Shown: positions 25,468-34,647, counted from the first letter of the stretch. The stretch: DNA of 64,000 nucleotides from an uncultured bacterium (GCA_902802585.1 CADCMR010000005.1:23022-87021), one strand, 5' to 3'. Notes: a model not told the origin generated them from the sequence alone. Numbers and translations: made by a program.

Positions 25468-27801
25468 TCACTGGCGGGCGCCGCGACCGGTGCGTCCGTC
25501 GCGGTTGCCGGGCATCCTGCGTCCGGGACCGAAGTTCTGCCCCTGCGCGGGCTGCTGTTGTCCCCGGCGACCGGGCTGGAGCTGAGACTGGGGCTGTGCC
25601 TGCTGATTCTGCTGTTGCGCTTGCGGCTGCGGCTGCGCCTGCTGGCGCGGCCTGGGGTTCTTCGGATCGGGGCCGATCGTAACGATGAGGTCGCGGCCGT
25701 CGACTTCGATGTTGCTGATGTCGAGCCCGGAGGGGGTGCCGTCCCACCAGAGGCTGTCCGGCTTCGAGGTGTCGTTGAAGACGACGCGGTCCGGCGGGTA
25801 GAAATAATCCGTGGCGATGCCGTTGCAGTCCCTGCCGTGCTGCTGATGTCCGAACGTGCCGGGGCAGGGCTTTTCGAGGAGCGGTTCTCCGCCCGCCTGT
25901 TCGAGCGAGATTTCGTAGTGCTTTTCCTTCGTCATCTCCTCGTCCTCCTCCATGTCGGTCACTGCGTCGTCGACGTGCCAGATGGCGAGCCCGTGCGAGG
26001 GAAGCGCGCGGTAGAACGACGTGTCGGCGTTGCGGTTTTCGAGGAGGAAATACTCGTCCGGGTTGTTGGGGTTGCGGTAGATGTAGCCGTACTCGCTGGT
26101 GGCGGGGATCCTGACTTTGCCTTTGGTTGGCAGGGGGAGCGCCTTCAGCCAGCCGAGGCGGTAGCGGAACGCCCCGGCGAGGGCGGTCGGGTTGGTCTGG
26201 AGCCCGGTGATGCGGTCGTACATGCCGATGCCCATGATGCAGTGGTTGCCGAGACCGTGCGAGACCTTCTGTTCGTTCTTCGGCGTCTTGTCGCTCTTCT
26301 CGCCGTAGTCGACGTAGTCCAGGATGTCGAACGTCTGGTGCATGATCTCGTGGATCAGGATGCTGACCGTGGGGCTGTCCTGGATGCCGCAGATCAGCAC
26401 CTGCATGCTGTGAAGCCCGCCGGGCAGCCGGATCTGGTCCATCGGCGTGAACCAGTGCGCCTGCGGCCAGAGGCCGTCGAACGAGCTGTTGCGGGAGTAG
26501 AGCACGCAGGCGGACCGGATGGTTCCGTCGGGTTCCTTTGAGACGGTCGAGAGGTCGAAATCTTTCGGGAGCTTCGCCATCGCCTCCTTGATGAGCATGT
26601 CCGCGCCGCGATAGTTCAGCGCCTTCTGGTAGTAGTCGCGGTTATGGTCTGCCACGATGTAGTCGGAGACGAGGTATTTGAGGTCGCACCTGCCGAAGGA
26701 CTGGTTGTCGACGAAATCGTGGATCGAACAGGAATTGCCGTATCCGCGGTAGTTCTTCTCGTTCAGGAAGAACTCCACCTTCTCCTTCGGGATGATCACC
26801 TCCGGCGGATCGTCCGGGAACTTCACGAGTACGGCGAGCCCGGTGATATGGTCCTGATGAAGCGGCGTCTGCGCGTACTGCTGCGGCGTTTTCGGGATAT
26901 TCGCGGCGGGTTTCAGCGCGAGGCGGAATCCGGCGTCGAACACGGGGATTGCCGCGTCGACGGGTCTGCACGCGGTTGAGGTGCAGTCCTCAGGCGAACA
27001 ATGCCAGGAGCCGCCGCGCATGGCGCAGAGGTCGCCCTTGTACGCGGCGGAGAAATCGCGCATGAACCAGTCGAGGCAGAGTTCCTGTACGTTCCCGTGC
27101 ATGTCGTAGAGCCCCCATGCGTTGGGCGCTTTCAGCCCCTTTGCGGACACGGACGGCATGGAGATGAACGAATTGCCGCGGTACCATGCGACTTCGCTGA
27201 GCGCATTGGAGACGTTGTCGCGGGCACGCAGCTCGCGGCCGTTGTTGAGTTCGGTCGTCGTCCCGGCTCGGCACGCGTATTCCCATTCCGCCTCGTTCGG
27301 GAGCGTGAACCGGTAGCGGAACGAGCTCGGCAGCGACTTGTTCAGGCGGTCGCAGAATTCCTTCGCCTGTTCCGCTGAAACGTCGTACACGGGAAGGTCC
27401 GGACCGATCCCATAATCTTTGCCCCCGGGGCGCGCCGCCTCGGAAAGCTGTTTCTGCGTGGTCCGCATGACCGCCTGCCACTGCGCCTGCGTTACCTCGA
27501 ATTTCCCCACGGACAGCTCGTTTTCCTTGAACTTGTAGACCACGCGTCCGTCCTTGTCGACCGTTTCGTTCGGCTGCGGCTTGCGGTTCACCTCCATCGC
27601 GATGGACCCGGCGGGCAGCGTGACGAGTTCGAGCGGAATGTCGCCGGAAAGCATGAACTTGACGGACGGCAGCGCGCCTTCTTTCCGTTCGTAGACGGGC
27701 GTGATGGCGGACGCGCAGGAGGCGTTGAAAAAGGCAACGGCGCAGAGGATGCCGGAGAGCAGGGCGGAACGGAGACCGGTCGGGCGGATTGGGAACGTCA
27801 T
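25468..27801 (-). CDS. secreted fusion protein: FGE-sulfatase (SUMF1/EgtB-like) domain plus M6-like metalloprotease domain plus Q/G/R-rich tail
   Basis: Signal peptide from the ATG at 27801 (MTFPIRPTGLRSALLSGILCAVAFFNASCASA). FGE-type motifs LPNEAEWEYACRAG, WGLYDMHGNVQE, RGGSW and GFRLAL. HExxH (LIHEIMHQ), EYFLLENR and GLAIWHVDD are typical of the M6/InhA-like domain. Confidence 0.85.
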   Translation of the reverse strand: MTFPIRPTGLRSALLSGILCAVAFFNASCASAITPVYERKEGALPSVKFMLSGDIPLELVTLPAGSIAMEVNRKPQPNETVDKDGRVVYKFKENELSVGKFEVTQAQWQAVMRTTQKQLSEAARPGGKDYGIGPDLPVYDVSAEQAKEFCDRLNKSLPSSFRYRFTLPNEAEWEYACRAGTTTELNNGRELRARDNVSNALSEVAWYRGNSFISMPSVSAKGLKAPNAWGLYDMHGNVQELCLDWFMRDFSAAYKGDLCAMRGGSWHCSPEDCTSTACRPVDAAIPVFDAGFRLALKPAANIPKTPQQYAQTPLHQDHITGLAVLVKFPDDPPEVIIPKEKVEFFLNEKNYRGYGNSCSIHDFVDNQSFGRCDLKYLVSDYIVADHNRDYYQKALNYRGADMLIKEAMAKLPKDFDLSTVSKEPDGTIRSACVLYSRNSSFDGLWPQAHWFTPMDQIRLPGGLHSMQVLICGIQDSPTVSILIHEIMHQTFDILDYVDYGEKSDKTPKNEQKVSHGLGNHCIMGIGMYDRITGLQTNPTALAGAFRYRLGWLKALPLPTKGKVRIPATSEYGYIYRNPNNPDEYFLLENRNADTSFYRALPSHGLAIWHVDDAVTDMEEDEEMTKEKHYEISLEQAGGEPLLEKPCPGTFGHQQHGRDCNGIATDYFYPPDRVVFNDTSKPDSLWWDGTPSGLDISNIEVDGRDLIVTIGPDPKNPRPRQQAQPQPQAQQQNQQAQPQSQLQPGRRGQQQPAQGQNFGPGRRMPGNRDGRTGRGARQ

Positions 27802-27891
27802 GAGGCGGAAATCCTTATTGTTCGGGAAAAGAGCTGAATGTTTTAGACAGTCAATTATTATAGCATGGACGCGCGGATTTGTCAAGGGTAT

Positions 27892-27927
27892 GAAAACACT
27901 GTTTTCCGGTGTTTTCTCCGAGAAAAC
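27892..27927. promoter_or_regulatory. array of four GAAAACA/TGTTTTC half-sites (two adjacent inverted repeats), candidate operator
   Basis: GAAAACA-c-TGTTTTC (27892-27906) and GTTTTCT-ccg-AGAAAAC (27911-27927), in the divergent region between the lexA-like gene and the FGE::M6 gene. Confidence 0.45.
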
Positions 27928-28144
27928 GTGCCATCGTGTTTCGCGCCGAAACTTGACTAGCAAATCTGACCAGGTTGCGTTTTCCTGCGGTTTCCCCGGA
28001 AAAAGTGTTTGCCGCGCAGGAAAAGACGCTGGAAAAAAACTGCGCGGGCAATTATAGTAAACGGAAACAGGGCGCTGTCTCCGCCGCAAGGGGGTGCGGA
28101 GCATTGAGCGTCCCGGACCAAACCAAAACAGGAGGGAACTATCC

Positions 28145-28729
28145 ATGAAAGGTCTGACCCAGAAGCAGAAAAACATCATCGAATTCATCAACGAATTCAT
28201 GACCACGCAGGAAATGGCGCCGACCATCTACGAGATCGCGGAGCATTTCCACATCAAGACTTCGACCGTCTTCGCCCACATTCGGGCGCTGCAGAAGAAA
28301 AACTACCTCACGCGCAGCTCGAAAGCCCGAAGCATCAGCCTGTCCCATCCGAAGAAGCGCTCGCGGTTTCCCGCCGGCGTCCAGTCCATCCCGTTCCACT
28401 GCATCGGCGAGGCGTCCGCGGGGGAACCAGGCGAAAAGACGCTGGTGTGCGACGTGACGCGTCTGCTGGACAGTCCCGCGAAGGAGGACCTCTATGCCGT
28501 GCACGTTCACGGTTCGGACCTGAACGGCAGCGGCATCTTCGACGGCGACATCCTGATCGTGAAGAGCAACCCGGCGGCCGTCAGCGGCGAGGACATCGTC
28601 GTGGCGGAGGAGAACGGACGCGAAATCCTGAAACAGGCGAAGGACGCGATCCTCAATGACACGGCGTCCGATGCACCGACCGTAAAGGGGGTTGTCATCG
28701 GGCTCCAGCGACGGATTGCCAGAACATAA
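28145..28729 (+). CDS. lexA: LexA-like transcriptional repressor (winged-helix N-domain plus S24-like C-domain)
   Basis: MKGLTQKQKNIIEFI...PTIYEIAEHF...HIRALQKKNYL aligns with the LexA N-domain. SAGEP matches the AAGEP cleavage region. GIFDGDILIV and IVVAE..ILKQ match S24 motifs. Confidence 0.8.
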   Translation: MKGLTQKQKNIIEFINEFMTTQEMAPTIYEIAEHFHIKTSTVFAHIRALQKKNYLTRSSKARSISLSHPKKRSRFPAGVQSIPFHCIGEASAGEPGEKTLVCDVTRLLDSPAKEDLYAVHVHGSDLNGSGIFDGDILIVKSNPAAVSGEDIVVAEENGREILKQAKDAILNDTASDAPTVKGVVIGLQRRIART

Positions 28730-28780
28730 CGTATCCTGTCCTGTCCCCCGTTTTCCTGAATCTCCCGTCTTGTTCCTTTC

Positions 28781-28813
28781 ACCCGTCAGTCTGTACGGAC
28801 CGGCGGGTTTTTT
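28781..28813 (+). terminator. rho-independent terminator
   Basis: ACCCGTC-14 nt loop-GGCGGGT is followed by TTTTTT. Confidence 0.5.
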
Positions 28814-28835
28814 ATGCAAAAAACGCGGTTTTCAT

Positions 28836-28864
28836 TTGACTTTGAGCTGGAAAGGTGCTATATT
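28836..28864 (+). promoter_or_regulatory. sigma70-like promoter (TTGACT-N17-TATATT) for the efflux operon
   Basis: The hexamers were read directly, about 70 nt upstream of the ATG at 28936. Confidence 0.5.
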
Positions 28865-28935
28865 GATTAGCAGGTAAGCTTTTTTAAGACTGAAAACATT
28901 AGTTTGCATTCTTTTTTGAAACGAACGAGGCGATC

Positions 28936-30099
28936 ATGAAACATCCTTCTTCTTTCCTTCTCCTTGCGGCAGGCTTCCTCTGCCTCGCCGCCTCCTGCTC
29001 CAAGCCCGAACAGGACGACGCGCAGGCCGGGACCGTCTACCAGGTCAAAGTCCAGACCGCCCAGGCGCAGCAGCGCCATTTCCGCAAGCAGATCCGCGTG
29101 CAGGGCACGATCCAGGCGTATATCTTCGCGAATGTCGCAGCGCGCGCGGCCGGGAACATGGAACTGAAGGTCGACGACGGCGACACGATCAAAAAGGGGC
29201 AGACGCTGTTCCTGATCGACCAGGACAACCTGAAAAACCGCGTGGCGATGGCGGAACAGGCTCTGAAGGTGGTCGAGGAGACGTACCGTTCGACGCAGCT
29301 GGACATCGGGATCGCGGAGACCCAGCTCGAAAAAGCGCAGAAGGACTTTGACCGCAACCGGATGCTTCATGAAGGGCACGCCGTGTCCGACAACGCGTTC
29401 GAGACCTACGAGGTCGCGCTCGACAAGGCGAAGAAATCCTACGAAAAGGCCGAGGCGGCGCTCCGCAACGACGCGGCGAAAGTCGACCTGGTGAAGCTCG
29501 AACTTGAAATCGCCAAAAAGAACCTCAGCGATGCCACGGAAAAGGCTCCCTACGACGGCGTGGTCGCGGTCAAATACCGTGAGAACGGCGAATTCGTCGG
29601 AACCGGCGTCAGCATCATCCGCATCAACGACCCGAAGAAGCTCCGTGCCTCCTGCCTCATCAGCGCCGTGTATTTCGAGGTGATCAAGCCCGGCGTGACC
29701 CCGGTTACCGTAAGTTTCCACGGCAAGACGATCGAAGCGAAAGCCGACTGGTGCAGCCCCGTCATCGATCCCCTCAGCCGCACGTTCACGATGCGGTCGT
29801 ACCTGCCGGAGGGGACGCCGCTCATGGACGGTATGCTGGTCGACGTCGACATCATGCTTGCCGAACGCGACGGCCTGGGTATGCCGCGCGACGCTGTAAT
29901 TCTGAAGAAGGGCGGCAAGAGCGCGGTCTTCGCCGTTCAGGACGGCAAGGCGCAGGAGATCGAAGTCGAGACAGGCATCACATCCGACGGGTTTACGGAA
30001 ATCCTGAACCCCGAAGCGATCGCGGGGAAGGATATCATCGTTTCCGGGCAGTATTTCGTGAACGACGGTTCCCTCGTGAACGTCACGAACTCGAAGTGA
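28936..30099 (+). CDS. RND efflux periplasmic adaptor (membrane fusion protein) lipoprotein
   Basis: Lipobox LAASCSKP, a coiled-coil hairpin region and HlyD_D23-type beta-barrel motifs. Confidence 0.88.
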   Translation: MKHPSSFLLLAAGFLCLAASCSKPEQDDAQAGTVYQVKVQTAQAQQRHFRKQIRVQGTIQAYIFANVAARAAGNMELKVDDGDTIKKGQTLFLIDQDNLKNRVAMAEQALKVVEETYRSTQLDIGIAETQLEKAQKDFDRNRMLHEGHAVSDNAFETYEVALDKAKKSYEKAEAALRNDAAKVDLVKLELEIAKKNLSDATEKAPYDGVVAVKYRENGEFVGTGVSIIRINDPKKLRASCLISAVYFEVIKPGVTPVTVSFHGKTIEAKADWCSPVIDPLSRTFTMRSYLPEGTPLMDGMLVDVDIMLAERDGLGMPRDAVILKKGGKSAVFAVQDGKAQEIEVETGITSDGFTEILNPEAIAGKDIIVSGQYFVNDGSLVNVTNSK

Positions 30100-30115
30100 G
30101 CACGGAGGCCGCCCC

Positions 30116-33100
30116 ATGACTCTCAGCCAGCTGTCTATTCACCGGAAGGTCGCCATGACCTGCATCATCCTGATGCTGGTCATCCTCGGTCTCTTCGCCT
30201 ACCAGAAGATCGGCATCGACCTGCTGCCGAAGTTCGACGTGCCGTACGTGCAGGTCACGGCAATCTATCCGGGTGCATCGCCGGAAGAAATCGAGGTCGA
30301 TGTGGCCAGACGCATCGAAGACGCGATCGCCTCGATCGAGGGCTTGAAGCACATCACGACAGTCTGCATGGAGAACGCCGCCGCGCTCACGCTCGAATTC
30401 GAGCTCGGTACCGATGTCGACGTCATGATCCACCAGGTCCGCGAGAAGATCAACACCATCATGGACGACTTCCCGTCCGCCGTGAAGACGCCGCAGCTCA
30501 GCAAGATCAACGTCAACGCCATCCCGGTCGTCACGCTATTCCTCACGGGTACGCGCACGCTCGACGAGATGTACGACTACGTGGACGACAAGCTCTCCGA
30601 CCAGTTCTCTTCGATCCCCGGCGTCGGCGAGGTCCGCGTCCACGGCGGAAACGAGGTCCAGCTGCACATCGTCCTGGACCGTGAGAAGATGGCCGCCGCC
30701 AACCTCACGGTCGCCGAGGTGGTCCAGCGCGTCGCGAAGAACAACGTGAAGCTCCCGGTCGGCCGCGTCCGCGAATCCGGTCGCGAGATCAGCCTCACCT
30801 ACAATGCCGAGTTCCGGGACGCCGAGGACGTGAAGAGCCTTGAGGTCGGCACGCAGGCGGGGAAGCGCCTCTATCTCGGCGATATCGCCGACGTCAAGCT
30901 GGTCTCCCAGGAAATCCGCCAGGAAGGCTACTACGGTGACGAGCTCGGCGTCTGCATCGAGATCATCAAGCGGAGCGACGCCAACGCCGTGAAGGTCATC
31001 GACGGCATCCGCAAAAAATACGACATGCTGAACAAGGGCGGCATGCTCCCCGGCGGAATGCGTCTGACCTGGTTCAAGGACACCGGCGGTTTCATCCGGG
31101 CGTCCGTGGCGGATTCGTGGCAGAGCGTGCTGCTTGGCATCCTGCTGACCGCCGTCCTGATCTTCCTCTTCCTGCACGAGGTGCGCCCCACATTCATTAT
31201 CTCCATCACCATGCCGGTCTCGGTCGTGATCACGTTCGCCGCCATGGACCTGATGCACTATACGTTCGACATGATGACGCTCGTGGCGATCGGGTGTTCC
31301 GCCGGCATCCTCGTGGCGAACTCTGTGGTGGTGATCGAAAACATCATCAAGAAACAGCACGAGGGGCTGCCGCCCGCCGAAGCCGCCGCGAAGGGCGCGG
31401 ACGAGGTGCTCGTGGCGGTGGCGGCGTCCGCACTGACCAACGTCGTGGTGTTCGTGCCCGTGGCGCTGATGAAATCGGTCGTCGGTCTCCTGATCGCCCC
31501 GTTCGCGGGCGTGATGGTGATCGCCACGGTCGTTTCCCTGTTCGTGAGCTTCACTCTGACCCCGCTGCTGGCGTCCATCCTGCTGAAGGATACGTCCGGA
31601 CCGCGCGCGTGGCAGAAGGCGCTGTTCTGGTTGTGGGACAAAGTGTACGACATGATCACCGCGGCATACGGGCATACGCTCGGCGTGATCCGCAGGTTCA
31701 GCGGCGTCGTGATCATATTGGTTTTCGCTGGCTGTTTCCTCATCATGCGCGCGGTCCTGCCGAACGTGAGCATGTCGTTCATCCCGGACAACGACAAGGG
31801 CGAGATTTCGATCGAACTGGAATTTCCCGCCAACTACAGCATTGATGAAACGCGCGCCCGCACGCTGGATGTTCTCAGGGACGTCCAGGCGCTGCCGTGG
31901 GTCGTGAAGACCGGCGTGACCGTCGGCTACCGCAACGTGATGCCCGGGCAGGTGCCGGAGGGCGTCCACCTGGCGGAGATCGCGATCATCGGCAAACAGA
32001 AGGGCGAACGCGAGCCGATGCAGGAACTCGTGGCGCAGATCCACAATCTCCTGAATACCAAATACGAAAACGTGCTGTATTCCCTGACGCTCCCGAAAGC
32101 GACCGGCGTTTCCGGCGTGGATATGACGGCGTTCGTCTCCGGCGACGACTTCGAAAAGCTGGAGGAGTACGCCCTGCTCGGCGCGGAGATTCTGCGCGAA
32201 TCCGGCATGGCGCAGGACATCGATACCAGCGTCCGCACGCGCAAGCCTCGCATCGTGCTGAAGCCGAACCGCACCGTCATCAAGGACCTCGGCGTGGACG
32301 CCGCCACGCTCGGCACCTCGCTGGTCGGCTACTATGAGGGTATCGAGTCCGGTACGTTCAAGGTCGGCGGACGAAGCTACGACATCCGCGTGAAGACCGA
32401 GGACGTCCCCGGTTTCGACCAGGCCGCGAACATCGTCGCCGGATCCGTCAACGGCAAGCCGATCGACCTGGACGTGGTGGCGTCGCTCGAAGCCGACCCG
32501 GTCTCCATCGCGCTGATGCGCGAGGACAAGATGCGCGGCGGGTGGATTTACGCGAACCCGGCGCCCGGCTACACCATGAACGACGTGATGCAGCTGCTGG
32601 AACGCAAGCTGGCGCCGCAGCTGGACCAGGGGTACGAGCTGAAATTCTTCGGACAGGCGGAAATGATGCGCGACGGCGCAAACGAATTCGTCTCCGTCTT
32701 CGCCATCGCCATCATCATGACCTACCTCCTGATCGCCGCCCTGCTCGAATCCTGGACGCGCCCGATCCTCATCATGTTCACTGTGCCGCTCGGATTCGTC
32801 GGCCTCTTCCTGATCATCTTTCTGGCGCACTCCTCTCTCTCCATGGTCGGCATGCTCGGCGCGGTCATGATGATCGGCATCGTGGTGAACAACGCCATCC
32901 TGATCCTGGACGAGACGCGTATGCTGGAGCTGTCCGGCGTGACCTCGCACGAAGCCATGACGCAGGCGGCGAAGAACAAGTTCCGGCCCGTCGTGATGAC
33001 CTCCATCGCGAGCGTCGCCGGCATGCTCCCGATGGCGTTCGGACGCGGGCTCGGCTCCGAACTCCGGTCCAGCTGCGGACTCGGCGTGGTCGGCGGACTT

Positions 33101-33232
33101 GCCTTCGCATCCGTCCTCACGGTCTACCTGATCCCCGCGCTGTTCTACAAGTTCGTCTACGACACCGCGCTGCCGAAGGCGACCCTCGGACGCCGCCTGA
33201 TGTGCTTCTTCGGATTCCGTCCGAAAGCATGA
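30116..33232 (+). CDS. RND efflux transporter permease (AcrB/HAE1-like)
   Basis: 1038 aa with 12-TM/two-large-loop architecture. N-terminal SIHRKVAMTCIILMLVILG. ACR_tran-type sequence throughout. Confidence 0.93.
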   Translation: MTLSQLSIHRKVAMTCIILMLVILGLFAYQKIGIDLLPKFDVPYVQVTAIYPGASPEEIEVDVARRIEDAIASIEGLKHITTVCMENAAALTLEFELGTDVDVMIHQVREKINTIMDDFPSAVKTPQLSKINVNAIPVVTLFLTGTRTLDEMYDYVDDKLSDQFSSIPGVGEVRVHGGNEVQLHIVLDREKMAAANLTVAEVVQRVAKNNVKLPVGRVRESGREISLTYNAEFRDAEDVKSLEVGTQAGKRLYLGDIADVKLVSQEIRQEGYYGDELGVCIEIIKRSDANAVKVIDGIRKKYDMLNKGGMLPGGMRLTWFKDTGGFIRASVADSWQSVLLGILLTAVLIFLFLHEVRPTFIISITMPVSVVITFAAMDLMHYTFDMMTLVAIGCSAGILVANSVVVIENIIKKQHEGLPPAEAAAKGADEVLVAVAASALTNVVVFVPVALMKSVVGLLIAPFAGVMVIATVVSLFVSFTLTPLLASILLKDTSGPRAWQKALFWLWDKVYDMITAAYGHTLGVIRRFSGVVIILVFAGCFLIMRAVLPNVSMSFIPDNDKGEISIELEFPANYSIDETRARTLDVLRDVQALPWVVKTGVTVGYRNVMPGQVPEGVHLAEIAIIGKQKGEREPMQELVAQIHNLLNTKYENVLYSLTLPKATGVSGVDMTAFVSGDDFEKLEEYALLGAEILRESGMAQDIDTSVRTRKPRIVLKPNRTVIKDLGVDAATLGTSLVGYYEGIESGTFKVGGRSYDIRVKTEDVPGFDQAANIVAGSVNGKPIDLDVVASLEADPVSIALMREDKMRGGWIYANPAPGYTMNDVMQLLERKLAPQLDQGYELKFFGQAEMMRDGANEFVSVFAIAIIMTYLLIAALLESWTRPILIMFTVPLGFVGLFLIIFLAHSSLSMVGMLGAVMMIGIVVNNAILILDETRMLELSGVTSHEAMTQAAKNKFRPVVMTSIASVAGMLPMAFGRGLGSELRSSCGLGVVGGLAFASVLTVYLIPALFYKFVYDTALPKATLGRRLMCFFGFRPKA

Positions 33233-33296
33233 CGGCACGCGGAAAGCGGATCCGCCTGAAAAACAGTCGAAAGCACAAAAAAAACGCGAAACCGGC

Positions 33297-33324
33297 TTGA
33301 AAGAGGCGGATTTTGGTGTATATT
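33297..33324 (+). promoter_or_regulatory. sigma70-like promoter (TTGAAA-N16-TATATT) for rpmB
   Basis: The hexamers were read directly, about 60 nt upstream of the ATG at 33387. Confidence 0.5.
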
Positions 33325-33386
33325 ATATTTTGCGTTTATCGAAAAATCATACAAACAATACTCAATATAGCTCGGAGGAACCCATC

Positions 33387-33617
33387 ATGAGCAACGTTTG
33401 CGAAATCTGCGGAAAGCACAAAGTCCAGGGCGGACACATCATCCGCCGTGGTCTCGCCAAGAAAAAAGGCGGTATCGGTATGCACGTCGTGAAAAACACC
33501 ACCCGTACCTTCACGCCGAACATCCAGACCATCCGCGTGGTCGAGAACGGCAACACCGTCCGGAAAAAAGTCTGCACGGCTTGCATCCGGAGCGGAAAAG
33601 TCCAGAAAGCCTGCTGA
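33387..33617 (+). CDS. rpmB: 50S ribosomal protein L28
   Basis: MSNVCEICGKHKVQGGHI...RTFTPNIQ is a typical L28 sequence. GGAGGA ribosome-binding site at 33375-33380. The track ORF adds 30 upstream codons. Confidence 0.9.
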   Translation: MSNVCEICGKHKVQGGHIIRRGLAKKKGGIGMHVVKNTTRTFTPNIQTIRVVENGNTVRKKVCTACIRSGKVQKAC

Positions 33618-33666
33618 GGAAACTTCCCCCGCGCTTTATGGCCTTTGCCTGATCGCACACAGAAAG

Positions 33667-33709
33667 CCGCTTCGGACGCAAGCCGCGTCCCGGAGCGGTT
33701 TTGTTTTTT
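33667..33709 (+). terminator. rho-independent terminator
   Basis: An imperfect GC-rich stem CCGCTTCGGACGC/GCGTCCCGGAGCGG is followed by TTTTGTTTTTT. Confidence 0.6.
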
Positions 33710-33795
33710 AAATGCATTAAAACTCATTTCCACAATTTCATGTCGGTCGGAACCCCGAAACGTTCCGCCGCCTCCAACCAGAAGGAGAAACCATC

Positions 33796-34647
33796 ATGGC
33801 CAAGAGTAAAACCGGTCTGATCGTCAAAATCATCCTCGGCATCCTCGTCGTCCTCATCATCCTCGTCGTCGCGGTCCTTATCTTCATTGATCCGATCGCG
33901 AAGAACGCGCTGGAAAAGGGCGCGCCGCTGGTCCTCGGCACCAACGTCTCCGTGGAACGCCTCCACATCGAACCGCTCAAGGGACGCGTGGAGATCACGA
34001 ACCTGATCGTCGACAATCCGCAGGGATCCTATTCCTCCAAATACGCGATCAAGCTCGGCGACATCATCGCCGACGTCGACATCAATACCGTGATGAACCA
34101 TAAGATCCGCATTGAGGAGATGTTCCTGAAAGACGTCGACATCGTTTATGAAACGAACGTGATCAACAGCAACCTGCAGGAGATCCTCGACAACGTGAAG
34201 AAGCTCGATACCGCCGAGAAGAAGGAACAGCAGGAGGATGAGGCCAAGGGCGAAAAGGACGATGACAAGACGCTCCAGGTCGACCTCATTGAGCTCAGCA
34301 GCGTCGGCGTTACGGTCCAGGCAAAGGGCGCCGACGCCGGACTCCCGATCAAGGTCACCATCGACCCGATGACCAACCTCGGCATGGACGAGGAGGGCAT
34401 CACGCCCGTCGGACTCACGCTTCGCATCCTCGGCGCCATCGTGACGACCGCCATCAAGACCGCCGGCGGTTCCGTCGGCGACGCCGCCGCCGCGATCGGA
34501 GATGCCACCAGTGCCGCCGTCGCGGGCGCCACCAGCGCCGCGGTCGATGCCGGCAAGAACGTCGTGAACGACGCCGCCGGCGCCATCAAGGGCCTGTTTG
34601 GCGGAAAGAAGGACGATGCCGCTGAAGCCCAGCCGCAAGGCAACTGA
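33796..34647 (+). CDS. membrane-anchored hypothetical protein (possibly AsmA/DUF748-like N-terminal region; Ala-rich C-terminus)
   Basis: N-terminal TM helix IVKIILGILVVLIILVVAVLIFI. The family assignment is tentative. Confidence 0.6.
   Translation: MAKSKTGLIVKIILGILVVLIILVVAVLIFIDPIAKNALEKGAPLVLGTNVSVERLHIEPLKGRVEITNLIVDNPQGSYSSKYAIKLGDIIADVDINTVMNHKIRIEEMFLKDVDIVYETNVINSNLQEILDNVKKLDTAEKKEQQEDEAKGEKDDDKTLQVDLIELSSVGVTVQAKGADAGLPIKVTIDPMTNLGMDEEGITPVGLTLRILGAIVTTAIKTAGGSVGDAAAAIGDATSAAVAGATSAAVDAGKNVVNDAAGAIKGLFGGKKDDAAEAQPQGN

Noticed and set aside
28936-33232. The RND pump lacking an outer-membrane factor or a TetR regulator as an anomaly.
   Set aside because: MFP-RND pairs commonly use an OMF encoded elsewhere. 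The absence within one window is uninformative.
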